Part shown: positions 26,207 to 34,904 of the stretch, in pieces | How the letters are laid out: each line of letters starts with the position of its first letter | Position numbering within the stretch: position 1 is the stretch's first letter | From: an uncultured Chloroflexia bacterium | GTDB taxonomy: Bacteria > Chloroflexota > Limnocylindria > QHBO01 | NCBI GenBank assembly: GCA_963767985.1 | Contig: CAVYGE010000006.1 | Location: forward strand, 128,169 to 192,168 | Reading direction: 5' to 3' | DNA length: 64,000 nucleotides | Translations under genes and position numbers: made by a program | The notes under the pieces: model-generated | Seen by the model: only the letters and a program-made list of their open reading frames with translations | The model's database searches: none | What the model was told of the DNA's origin: nothing

Positions 26207-27552
26207 CGGAACGTCCGGCGCGTCCCAGTGCGCGGCGCGGCCGCGGGCTGGCTGTGGGCTCGATCGTCGTGTTGACCGTCGGCCTGGCCGTCGCCGTCGC
26301 ATGGGCGCTGAGCCTCCAGGCCCGGGTGGACGAGCTGGCGTCCGGGTCGCCAACGGAAACCCCGTCGACCTCGACCGCATCGAGCACTCCGTCGACAACC
26401 GGCGGCTCGCCCGATGCAACGCCCGGCCCGTCGGTCCTGCCCAGCGGCCCGGCGGAGCTGGCCGGCGCCGTCTGGTATCCGGCGCCGCAGGCATCGGCGT
26501 TTGCGCTGGTGGCCGCATCGAACAGCAGCGCGGAGAACCGGGATCGGGCCGACTACGTCGTGGACGGCGCGGCGGAGGACGAGATCAACGCCGCACTGGC
26601 CGAGCTCGGAGCCATCGGTGGTGGCCAGGTGATGCTGCTCGAGGGCAGCTATGAGCTCGATGCATCGATCCGGATCGAGCACGACGGACTCGCGCTCGTC
26701 GGCGTGAACGTCGGCAATGGCGCCGGCTACAGCGATGCCGCGCTCGGTTCGCAGATCGTGCCGTCGGATGCCTTCCCCGAAGACGACTTCCTGGTCACGA
26801 CGACGCCGGAAGCCTACGGTCCGATGATCAGCCTGATCCATCTCGACGGGCTCGACCGGGCGTCCGGAATGAACGTCGAGAGCCGCCGACCGACGGTGAC
26901 GCTGAATGCCGTCACCCAGGCCGCCGACGTCGGGATCCGGTTCGCCGGCGAGAGCACCGGCAACCGACCCTATGACGGGTTCGTCCTCTTCAACCGGGTA
27001 TTCGACGGCGGGGGCATCGGCGTCCTCAATGACACGCGCTCGGGCGACATGCTCATCGAAGGGAACATGGTGTTCCGAAACGACGGTGATGGGTTCCGCT
27101 GTCTCGGCGCAAGCCAGATGTACCGCGTGAACCACGCCTACAACAACGGTGGCGTCGGTCTCCGCATCATTCCCGGGTGTGTGCGGACTCGCCTGTCGAG
27201 CAACAAGTGGGAGGGCAACATCTCGGGAGGGATCAGCATCGAGGGTGGCTCGGGCTTCACGATCGTCGGCGACACCTTCGCCCACAACGAGGACAACCAG
27301 GCCGAGCTCCCGGCGCACATCGAGCTCGGCGTGCGTGGCGACAGCGACACGATCGGCGTCATGATGTGGGGTCTGTCGTTCGGGAAGGGGAGCGACGACA
27401 ACCCGCATCTCGTCCACGTCGGCAGTCGCGCGCAGGAGGTCCACCTCGGACCGGTTCACTCAGCGCGCGGCGCCACCGGCGACCCCGTCCGCGTCGATGC
27501 AGGGGGCGAGATCCAGTACTACGAGGCCATCCCCGACCTGGTCTACGAGTGA
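26203..27552 (+). CDS. membrane-anchored right-handed beta-helix protein (pectate-lyase-3 / GH28-like)
   Basis: ATG 26203 (ATGA overlap with the previous gene). N-terminal anchor helix LAVGSIVVLTVGLAVAVAWAL and a Ser/Thr/Pro linker. ADYVVDGAAEDEINAALAELGAIGGGQVMLLEGSY, then repeated GN/NN beta-helix turns. Confidence 0.55.
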   Translation: MTERPARPSARRGRGLAVGSIVVLTVGLAVAVAWALSLQARVDELASGSPTETPSTSTASSTPSTTGGSPDATPGPSVLPSGPAELAGAVWYPAPQASAFALVAASNSSAENRDRADYVVDGAAEDEINAALAELGAIGGGQVMLLEGSYELDASIRIEHDGLALVGVNVGNGAGYSDAALGSQIVPSDAFPEDDFLVTTTPEAYGPMISLIHLDGLDRASGMNVESRRPTVTLNAVTQAADVGIRFAGESTGNRPYDGFVLFNRVFDGGGIGVLNDTRSGDMLIEGNMVFRNDGDGFRCLGASQMYRVNHAYNNGGVGLRIIPGCVRTRLSSNKWEGNISGGISIEGGSGFTIVGDTFAHNEDNQAELPAHIELGVRGDSDTIGVMMWGLSFGKGSDDNPHLVHVGSRAQEVHLGPVHSARGATGDPVRVDAGGEIQYYEAIPDLVYE

Positions 27553-27579
27553 CGAGTACCCCCGTCGTCTAGGCCCATC

Positions 27580-27603
27580 GGCCGAACCACTTCGGCCCGT
27601 TTG
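27580..27603 (+). terminator. intrinsic terminator candidate
   Basis: GGCCGAA-CCAC-TTCGGCC followed by CGTTTG, 28 nt after stop 27552. Confidence 0.5.
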
Positions 27604-27668
27604 CCCCATGTTCAGGGTGCAGGTCTGCCCGTAGCGTCGGCGCTCTCACACCATCACGGGAGAGCTCG

Positions 27669-29198
27669 ATGCGGTCGCGCATGCTTCGGATTCGAACCTC
27701 GGTCGGCATCCTCGCCGCTGCCATCGCGCTCCAGGGGCTGGCCCCGACCCTCGCCGAGCCCGGCGCCCACGCCGTCCTCGCCCAGGTCGCGGCCGCCGGC
27801 CCCGACACGTCGATCTCCGCAATGAGCGAGAGCGCGGCCGCCAAGGGTCGCGCTCCGAACCCGCAGCCCTCAAAGAAGCCACGCCCGACGCCAAAGCCGA
27901 CGCCCGCCCCGACGGCGCAGCCGCCAGCTCCCCCGACGCCGACGCCAACCGCAACGCCGACCCCCGCGCCGACGGGGAACCCCAGCCCCACGACGACTCC
28001 ACGCCCCTCTGCCACGGCGTCTCCGACGCCAGCGGCCAGCTCGACGCCGACCGCGGCACCGACGCCGACGGCTCCCGCCGGGCCGACGGTGCATGTCTAC
28101 GCGGGTGATCCGGTGCAGGCACGAATCGACGGGGCCGCGCCGGGCACGGTCTTCGCGCTTCACGCCGGCAGCTATTCGAAGCTGAAGCTTCGCTCCGGCA
28201 TCACGCTCCAGCCGGCCGGCGACGGTGAGGTCGTGATCAGCGGTGGAACGGGATCGTGGGACGCCGGTCTGTGGATCAAGGAGGTGTCGAATGTCACCAT
28301 TCGCGGCCTCACCGTGCGCGGCAACACCCTCGGGATCTTCCTGCGCGACGCACCCGGCGCCGTGATCGAGGACAACCTCATCACCGACAACGCGTTCGGG
28401 CTGGAGATCCACGCCTCCACGGCGGGTTCGGTGATCCGCAACAACCGCATCCACGACAACGACCGGTATCTCGATCCGGGCCGTAAGGCGGGCGGCATGA
28501 ACCTGTTCAACACGCACGGTGGAATCACCGTCGCGGGCAATTCGATCCTCAACAACGACTCCGTCGGCATCGAGATCTACGGTACGGACGATGCGCTGAT
28601 CACCCAGAACGTGATCGCCGGATCGAGCGATGCCATCGAGACGGGGACGGCCACCGGAGGCGACTGCAAGAACAACGTCATCAGCCGCAACGTCATCTAC
28701 GGGGCCGGCCATCGATCCGAAGAGCGCGGCATCTGGCTGCGCTGCCTGAGCAACTCGGTCGTGGCGCACAACACCATCTACGGCATGGACAAGTTCGGGA
28801 TCGGCGTCACGGCCTCGGGACAGTTCTCGGGTCCGATCACGAACCTGCGGATCCTGAACAACGCCATCGCCAACGGCCGGGCGTTCTGGCTCGGCAGCGG
28901 CCTGCCGTCGAGCATCGTCATCGACTACAACAATGCGTCCCCGTGCATCGCCTCGTCATGTCCGGCCTTTGGTCATCTCGTCGCGACCCTGGGAACGACG
29001 AACTACGCGTCGCTGACCGCATTCCAGGCGGGCACTCCCTACATGGACCACGGTCTGTCGGTCGACCCCTACATCCTCGATCCGGATGCGCGCGACTTCC
29101 GCCTCACGTGGTCGTCGCCGCTGGTGGACCGCGGCACGGACCTCGGATGGGGACATCTCGGGTCCGCGCCCGACATCGGCAGGCACGAGACGCGCTAG
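27669..29198 (+). CDS. secreted parallel beta-helix repeat (PbH1/NosD-like) protein with long Pro/Thr linker
   Basis: Signal peptide (MRSRMLRIRTSVGILAAAIALQGLAPTLA) and an ~80-aa P/T/A linker. Repeats follow: VTIRGLTVRGNTLGIFL, IEDNLITDNAFGLEI, IRNNRIHDND, VAGNSILNNDSVGIEI, ISRNVIYG, VAHNTIYG. Confidence 0.6.
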   Translation: MRSRMLRIRTSVGILAAAIALQGLAPTLAEPGAHAVLAQVAAAGPDTSISAMSESAAAKGRAPNPQPSKKPRPTPKPTPAPTAQPPAPPTPTPTATPTPAPTGNPSPTTTPRPSATASPTPAASSTPTAAPTPTAPAGPTVHVYAGDPVQARIDGAAPGTVFALHAGSYSKLKLRSGITLQPAGDGEVVISGGTGSWDAGLWIKEVSNVTIRGLTVRGNTLGIFLRDAPGAVIEDNLITDNAFGLEIHASTAGSVIRNNRIHDNDRYLDPGRKAGGMNLFNTHGGITVAGNSILNNDSVGIEIYGTDDALITQNVIAGSSDAIETGTATGGDCKNNVISRNVIYGAGHRSEERGIWLRCLSNSVVAHNTIYGMDKFGIGVTASGQFSGPITNLRILNNAIANGRAFWLGSGLPSSIVIDYNNASPCIASSCPAFGHLVATLGTTNYASLTAFQAGTPYMDHGLSVDPYILDPDARDFRLTWSSPLVDRGTDLGWGHLGSAPDIGRHETR

Positions 29199-29272
29199 CG
29201 GCCCGGGACGCGGACGCCGCAATGCCCTAGGCTGACGCCTCCGTTCGAAGGTCGTCAGTCCGGCGAGGTCAC

Positions 29273-30199
29273 GTGCGCAGCAATCAAGCTCAGGGCGGGG
29301 ATCCCCAGGTCCTCTTCATCGGCGGATCGGGCCGCAGCGGAAGCACGTTGCTCGATCGGATCATCGGCCAGCTGCCGGGGTACGTATCGGCCGGGGAGAT
29401 TCGCGATGTGTGGCGAGCGGGCGTCCGGGAGAATCGGCTGTGCGGCTGCGGTCGTCCTTTCTCCGACTGCGACTTCTGGACTCGGGTGGGGGAGACTGCC
29501 TTCGGCGGGTGGTCGAATGTCGACGTCGACGCCGCCGATCGATGGATGGGTTCGTACGGGTATCGCGATGCGCTGACCGGTGCCGATGCCGCAGCGCACG
29601 AGCAGCGCTCCGCACTGGTCCGGAGCCTCTATCGCGCAGTCTCCGATGCCGCGGACGGCGCGACCGTCGTGGATTCGTCGAAGTCACCGCCGTACGGCGC
29701 GATGCTCGCAACGACCCTGCCGGGATCGGTGCGGGCCATCCACCTGGTCCGGGACAGTCGGGGCGTGGCCTTCTCGTGGGGGAAGCACGTGAAGCGACCG
29801 GACACGCCAGGTCGGGACGTCGAGATGCATCGCCTCGGCCCGGTGCCGGTCGCAACGCGATGGGTCGTCCACAACCTGATCATGGAGGGACTCGGCAGGC
29901 GCGTGCCGTCAGCCCGCGCACGCTACGAGACGTTGATGGTGGAGCCGCGGCGCGAGATCGACCGCGTGATGGAACGCATCGGGGCGCCGGTCGGCCCCGA
30001 TGGGCTCGACTTCATCGCGGGCAGCCAGGCGCAACTCCGGCCCAATCACACGGTCATGGGAAATCCGATGAGGATGGCGGTCGGGCCGGTCGATCTGCGC
30101 CTGGACGATGCCTGGACGTCGAAGATGGCAACACGCGATCGGCTGACGGTCACGGCGATCACCTGGCCGATGCTGCTTCGCTACGGCTACCGACCCTGA
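29273..30199 (+). CDS. sulfotransferase family protein (Sulfotransfer_3-like), distinct from the other two
   Basis: GTG start. 5'-PSB-like FIGGSGRSGSTLL, 3'-PB-like HLVRDSRGVAFSW, and a Cys cluster CGCGRPFSDCDFW. TAGGCT box at 29228. Confidence 0.65.
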   Translation: MRSNQAQGGDPQVLFIGGSGRSGSTLLDRIIGQLPGYVSAGEIRDVWRAGVRENRLCGCGRPFSDCDFWTRVGETAFGGWSNVDVDAADRWMGSYGYRDALTGADAAAHEQRSALVRSLYRAVSDAADGATVVDSSKSPPYGAMLATTLPGSVRAIHLVRDSRGVAFSWGKHVKRPDTPGRDVEMHRLGPVPVATRWVVHNLIMEGLGRRVPSARARYETLMVEPRREIDRVMERIGAPVGPDGLDFIAGSQAQLRPNHTVMGNPMRMAVGPVDLRLDDAWTSKMATRDRLTVTAITWPMLLRYGYRP

Positions 30200-30203
30200 C
30201 GGA

Positions 30204-30965
30204 TCAGATTCCGGGGTCGTACTGGATGACCAGGCGCATCAGCAGGTGGGCGCCGAGCACACCCCACAGCGAGCCGGTGCGCCACGCCGCGGCCCCGAAC
30301 AGGATGCCGATGCCACCCATGGCGATGGCGATGGCCCCGGAGCCGGACCCGAGATACATGGCCGCATACAGGACGTTCGGGATCAGGATCCCGAGGTTGG
30401 GCGCCCGGACGAGCGCGACGTGCTGCAGCAGTCCGCGGAACGTGAGCTCCTCCAGGAAGACGACGAACAAGGGCACCACCAGGAGGAACATCGCGGCGTT
30501 CGGCTCGCCGCCGATGGCGAGGCTGGGCCCCATCGTCCCCCCCAGCAGGAGCCCGAGCGGCACTCCGGTCGCGGCGATCCCGACGGTGACCCATGGCTGT
30601 GCCGGCATCCCGAGGCCGAGAGACCGGACATCGAGACCGAGCGCCCGGGCGATGCCGATGACGCCGATGAGGGCGGGCGCCCCCACCAGGACGTAGGCCG
30701 CCAGCGGATCGAGGCCCCCGATGGGCATGACGAGGCTGAGGATGCGGATCAGCGGAACGACCATCAGGGCCGGGATCTGCGGGTCCTTGGGAACGCTGCT
30801 GAAGGCGTTGTGGCCCGCCAGCACGACGAGAAGCGAGGCATGGATCGCCGCCGCGGCGCCGGTCCCGACCAGCGCCAGCCCGATCTCGGCCGCGACCACC
30901 ACGCTTCCGTAGACGAGCAGCCAGTTCGGGACGGCCCTCGTGTGGCGATTGGCCGCGAGGCTCAT
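30204..30965 (-). CDS. CPBP-family intramembrane glutamic endopeptidase
   Basis: Motif 1 is FLEELTFRGLLQ (EExxxR). The later FGAAAWRTGSLWGVLGAHLLMR carries the conserved His. Multiple TM helices. Confidence 0.65.
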   Translation of the reverse strand: MSLAANRHTRAVPNWLLVYGSVVVAAEIGLALVGTGAAAAIHASLLVVLAGHNAFSSVPKDPQIPALMVVPLIRILSLVMPIGGLDPLAAYVLVGAPALIGVIGIARALGLDVRSLGLGMPAQPWVTVGIAATGVPLGLLLGGTMGPSLAIGGEPNAAMFLLVVPLFVVFLEELTFRGLLQHVALVRAPNLGILIPNVLYAAMYLGSGSGAIAIAMGGIGILFGAAAWRTGSLWGVLGAHLLMRLVIQYDPGI

Positions 30966-31219
30966 CAGGAGAGCAGGTCCAGGAAGCGGCGGAAGGTGAT
31001 GGTCGCCCAGGCGATCACCAGGGGAAATGCCATGGCCGTGAGGCCCGCCGCGCCGGCCTGGGCCCAGAGCGCGCGCCGGGTGCGCAGGCTCTCGCGCTGG
31101 AGCAAGACGGCTGCAAGTGTCACTATGGTGACCACTTCGGCGAACGCACGGAAGCCGCCGAGGGCGGCGCTCAGCTCGACGGTATAGATTCCAACAGTGG
31201 TGGTCATGGCACCGCCCAT
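30965..31219 (-). CDS. small membrane protein
   Basis: 84 aa, two to three hydrophobic helices. Its stop overlaps the CPBP start at 30965. Confidence 0.35.
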   Translation of the reverse strand: MGGAMTTTVGIYTVELSAALGGFRAFAEVVTIVTLAAVLLQRESLRTRRALWAQAGAAGLTAMAFPLVIAWATITFRRFLDLLS

Positions 31220-31237
31220 CCTATCGGTGACACGCGC

Positions 31238-33128
31238 GTGGTACGAATGAGACTTGACTCCCGCTCAGCCGTCCAACGGCCGGCGGGACCGCTGGGTGTC
31301 TGGGGACGGCTGGACGTCACCCGGGTCATTCCGTTCCCGCGATCGGTTCTGATCGCTGCGCTCGGAGCGGTGATCCTCATCGTCCTGGTGGGGTGGATCT
31401 GGACGGTTCGTGATCTCGATCCGCGGGCCCTCACCGACATCGGCCTCATCTCGATCCTGCCCGTGACCGCATACGGGCTGGTGGGTGTGCTGGCCGTGTC
31501 ATTCGTGCTGGCCCTGCGCATGGGGCGCCTCTCCGAGACGCTTCTCCTGGCGCACGTCCTGGGCCTGATCTTCATGCTGTATGGAGCGACATCGTTGTTC
31601 GAGGAGCTGCCGCGCTTCTTGACAGCCTGGCTCCACGTCGGGTTCGTCGAGAGCATCGCCCGTACCGGTGAGCTCCACCCGTTCCGCGACGCGCGATTCG
31701 ACTGGCCAGGGTTCTTCGTGCTGTTCGCCTTCCTGCAGAACGTGGCGCGCATGGACAGCCTGCTCCCGATCATCGCCTGGGTGCCGGTCGTGCTCGTGGC
31801 ACTCTACCTGCCGCCGCTGTACCTCATCTATCGGTCCGCGACGGCCGACCTGCGGCTCGTGTGGCTCGGGCTGTGGATCTTCGTGATGGTCAACTGGGTC
31901 GGGCAGGAGTATTTCTCGCCGCAGGGCATGAACATCCTTCTCTTCCTCACGATCGTCGCTGCCCTGGTCACGTGGTTCCGGGCCGACCCATCGCGCACCT
32001 CGAGGCTGTCGCAGCTCGTGGCGCGCATCCCGGGCATGCGCGGCCGTGAGCGCGTCCTGGTGGATCCGAACGCGGAAACCGAGGGCGGCCCCCGCGCCTG
32101 GGTGTCGGATCATCAGCAGATTGGCCTCGTGGCGATCATCACGCTGGTCTTCGGACTGTCGGTGGCAAGCCACCAGCTGACGCCGTTCGCACTGGTGGGC
32201 GCGCTCGTGCTCCTCGTGATGACGCGCCGGCTGACGCTGTGGGGCATCCCGATCATCATGATGGTGTTCCTCAGCGCGTGGCTCACCTTCATGGCGGCGA
32301 CGTTCCTGGAGGGCCACCTTGCCGGCCTGCTCGAGGACCTGGGACGCCCGGACCAGTTTGCCGCGTCGAACGTATCGGGTCGGCTCCAGGGCAGCCCCGG
32401 TCACCTGTGTGGCGCTCCAGGCCCGTCTCGCCTTCACGTTCCTCATCTGGATCGTCGCTCTCGTGGGCGGCGTCCGGCGGATCCGGGCAGGCCGGCTCGA
32501 TCTGACGCTTGCCATGCTTGCCATCGCACCGTTCGGCCTGATCCTGCTGCAGGGGTACGGGGGCGAGATGCTGCTGCGGATCTTCCTATTCGGGATCGCC
32601 TTCATGGCCTTCTTCGTCGCAGCGGCGCTGCTTCCGACCGAGCGGGCGATGTCGTGGAAGCTCAGCGGCGGCGTCGTGGTCGCGTCCGTCTTCCTGGCCT
32701 TCGGGTTCCTCTTCACGCACAACGGAAACGAGCGGTCGGACATCATCAGCGTGCGCGAATTCGAGGCACTCGAGTTCCTGACCGACACCGCAGCGGACGG
32801 CGACACGATCGCCCGCATCAACCACCAGGTCCCGGTCGGCTATCGCGAGTGGGAGCAGATGCGCGTGGTCTCGATCAACTCCGAGTTCATGGAACCGGAC
32901 ATGCAGGCCCTGACCGATGAGCTCCGCCTGCGAACCCGCGAAGGGCAGGACGCCTACATCATCGTGTCGCGCAGCAACGAGGCGTACGCCATCATGTTCC
33001 AGGGCATGACGCTCGACGCGTGGCATGAGCATCTCCGCCTCCTGCTGTCCGAGGTCGACCTCGAGGAGATCTACCGCAACGAAGACGCGGTGGTGTATCG
33101 CTGGCTGCAGACCGATCTCGAGACATGA
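31238..33128 (+). pseudogene. large polytopic membrane protein with C-terminal soluble domain (candidate GT-C-type glycosyltransferase or polymerase); apparent frameshift near 32395
   Basis: More than 12 hydrophobic helices spread over ORFs 31238..32920 and 32319..33128. An acidic DLD lies just after helix 1 (VRDLDPRALTD). A ~170-aa hydrophilic C-terminal domain follows. No family confidently recognised. Confidence 0.4.
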
Positions 33129-33535
33129 ACCGCGAGATCGGGCCCCGAATCGCCGTGGTCGTCGCGCTTGCCCTCGCCGCGAGCATCCACCTCCAGGAGT
33201 GGTCGTTTCCGTTCAGCCAATGGATCGTGGTCGGTGTGTTGCTCACGGTCCCGGGGTTCGTCGTGACGAGGCTGGCGGGAATCCGCGAGCCGATCGTCAC
33301 CGTGCTCCTGCTCGTGCCGGTGAGCCTGGCGGTCAACGGGTTGGTCGCGACCGCCGCGATCTATCTCGGGGTCTGGTCGACGGAGCTCATCTTGCTGGTC
33401 GTGATCGCCATCACGTTGGTCGCCTCCGCCCTCTCCTCCAATCGACGGAGCTCGCGCGGCGTGCTCCTGTCGCTGGCGCTCCTGCCCGGGCTGGTGCTGA
33501 TCGCCGCCGCGGCCTCCACGGCTGCCCCGAGTTGA
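33125..33535 (+). CDS. membrane protein
   Basis: 136 aa, four hydrophobic helices. ATGA overlap with the preceding gene. Confidence 0.4.
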   Translation: MNREIGPRIAVVVALALAASIHLQEWSFPFSQWIVVGVLLTVPGFVVTRLAGIREPIVTVLLLVPVSLAVNGLVATAAIYLGVWSTELILLVVIAITLVASALSSNRRSSRGVLLSLALLPGLVLIAAAASTAAPS

Positions 33536-33614
33536 CGGATCGCTGTTTTCCCCCGAGCCTTGTGCGTCGCACGGAACATCCGAAGCCCGCGACTGTCTAT
33601 GAGGGAGCCCATCC

Positions 33615-34785
33615 TTGACCCTGGACCAGGACGAATCACCAGCTGAATCCCGCGCGATCGGCGTGGCGCGAGTCGGGCAGACGGCCCTCGAGGCGCCGCG
33701 TCTCGGCGTCGGGACCGTCCCGCTCGGCAACATGCTCGGCGAGGTCGGCATCACCGTGGATGACGACGAGGCACGGGCCATCGTCGAGACGGCGCATCGG
33801 CTCGGCGCCCGACTGGTCGACACCGCCCCCCAGTACGGGACGGGCCTCGCCGAGCGACGCGTCGGAACCGCACTGGCCGAGCTGCCTCGCGACGAGCTGA
33901 TCATCTCGACGAAGGTCGGCCGGCTCCTGCGTCCGGTGACCACGCTCCAGAAGGTCGCCGGTGTGCTTCGCCAGACCGTCTCGGGGCCCGAGCGTGGCCC
34001 GGCCCTCCTTGGACGTCACATCGCGCGCGCAGCTCGCCGGCTCGCCGGAAAGGATCCGGCCTACGGCCTTGGATTCCCGTTCGACCGCGGCGACGAGCGC
34101 TCGCTGGAGGCGTACTTCGACTTCAGCTACGACGGTGTCATGCGTTCGGTGGAAGGCAGTTTCGAGCGGCTCGGCGTTGACCGGCTGGACATGCTCTTCA
34201 TCCACGACCCCGATGATCACTATGAGGAGGCCCTCTCGGGCGCCTTCAAGGCTCTCGACCGGCTTGCGCGCCGAAGGCTCCGTCACCGCGATCGGCGTCG
34301 GCATGAACCAATCCGAGATGCTCACCCGCTTTGCCACGGATGCAGCCTTCGACTGCTTCCTGCTGGCCGGCAAGTACTCGCTCTTGAACCAGGCCGGGCT
34401 CGAGGACCTGCTGCCGGCGGCAGCCGAGCGTGGCATGACGGTCAACATCGGTGGGGTCTTCAACAGCGGGTTGCTGGCCGACCCCCGTCCGGGCGTCGCG
34501 TTCGACTACCACGCGGTCGGGTCGAACTCGGAGCCGCTGCGCCGCGCCCTTCGGCTCAAGGACGTCTGCGATCGGCACGGAGTCCCGTTGGCCGCGGCAG
34601 CGGTGCAGTTCCCGCTGGGCCATCCGGCCGTAGGGACCGTGCTCGTCGGCGTGCGCTCGGCCGCGGAGCTGACCGAGAACGTCCAGCACTTCACCCACCC
34701 GATTCCGCTCGACCTCTGGAAGGAGCTGCGGCATGAGGGGCTCGTGCCGGGTCACGTTCCGCTGCCGGGGCTCCCGCCCGCCTGA
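33615..34785 (+). pseudogene. aldo/keto reductase, apparent frameshift near 34265
   Basis: LGVGTVPLG, VDTAPQYGTGLAERRVG, IISTKVG, LDMLFIHDPD. The next frame continues as GSVTAIGVGMNQ..., VFNSGLLA, VLVGVRSAAELTENV. Confidence 0.7.
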
Positions 34786-34823
34786 CGTGGTGCGTGCTGG
34801 CACCCTGTGGCCGCCGAACGTAC

Positions 34824-34852
34824 TGGACGGAATCGGGACGTCCGTGTAGGCT
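34824..34852 (+). promoter_or_regulatory. candidate promoter TGGACG-N17-TAGGCT upstream of the CWB2 gene
   Basis: Hexamers have 17-nt spacing. A strong SD (AAAGGGGG) lies 5 nt before GTG 34905. Confidence 0.25.
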
Positions 34853-34904
34853 GCGCCGGAATTCGATCTCATCCTCACCAGAGCCTGTCCACAAAGGGGG
34901 AACA

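Noticed and set aside
27688-27698. GGATTCGAACC, the reverse complement of a tRNA T-loop consensus, suggesting a minus-strand tRNA
   Set aside because: The flanking bases cannot form a T-stem (only 2 bp pair). No acceptor or anticodon arms can be drawn. The site lies inside the signal-peptide codons of the well-supported gene 27669..29198.
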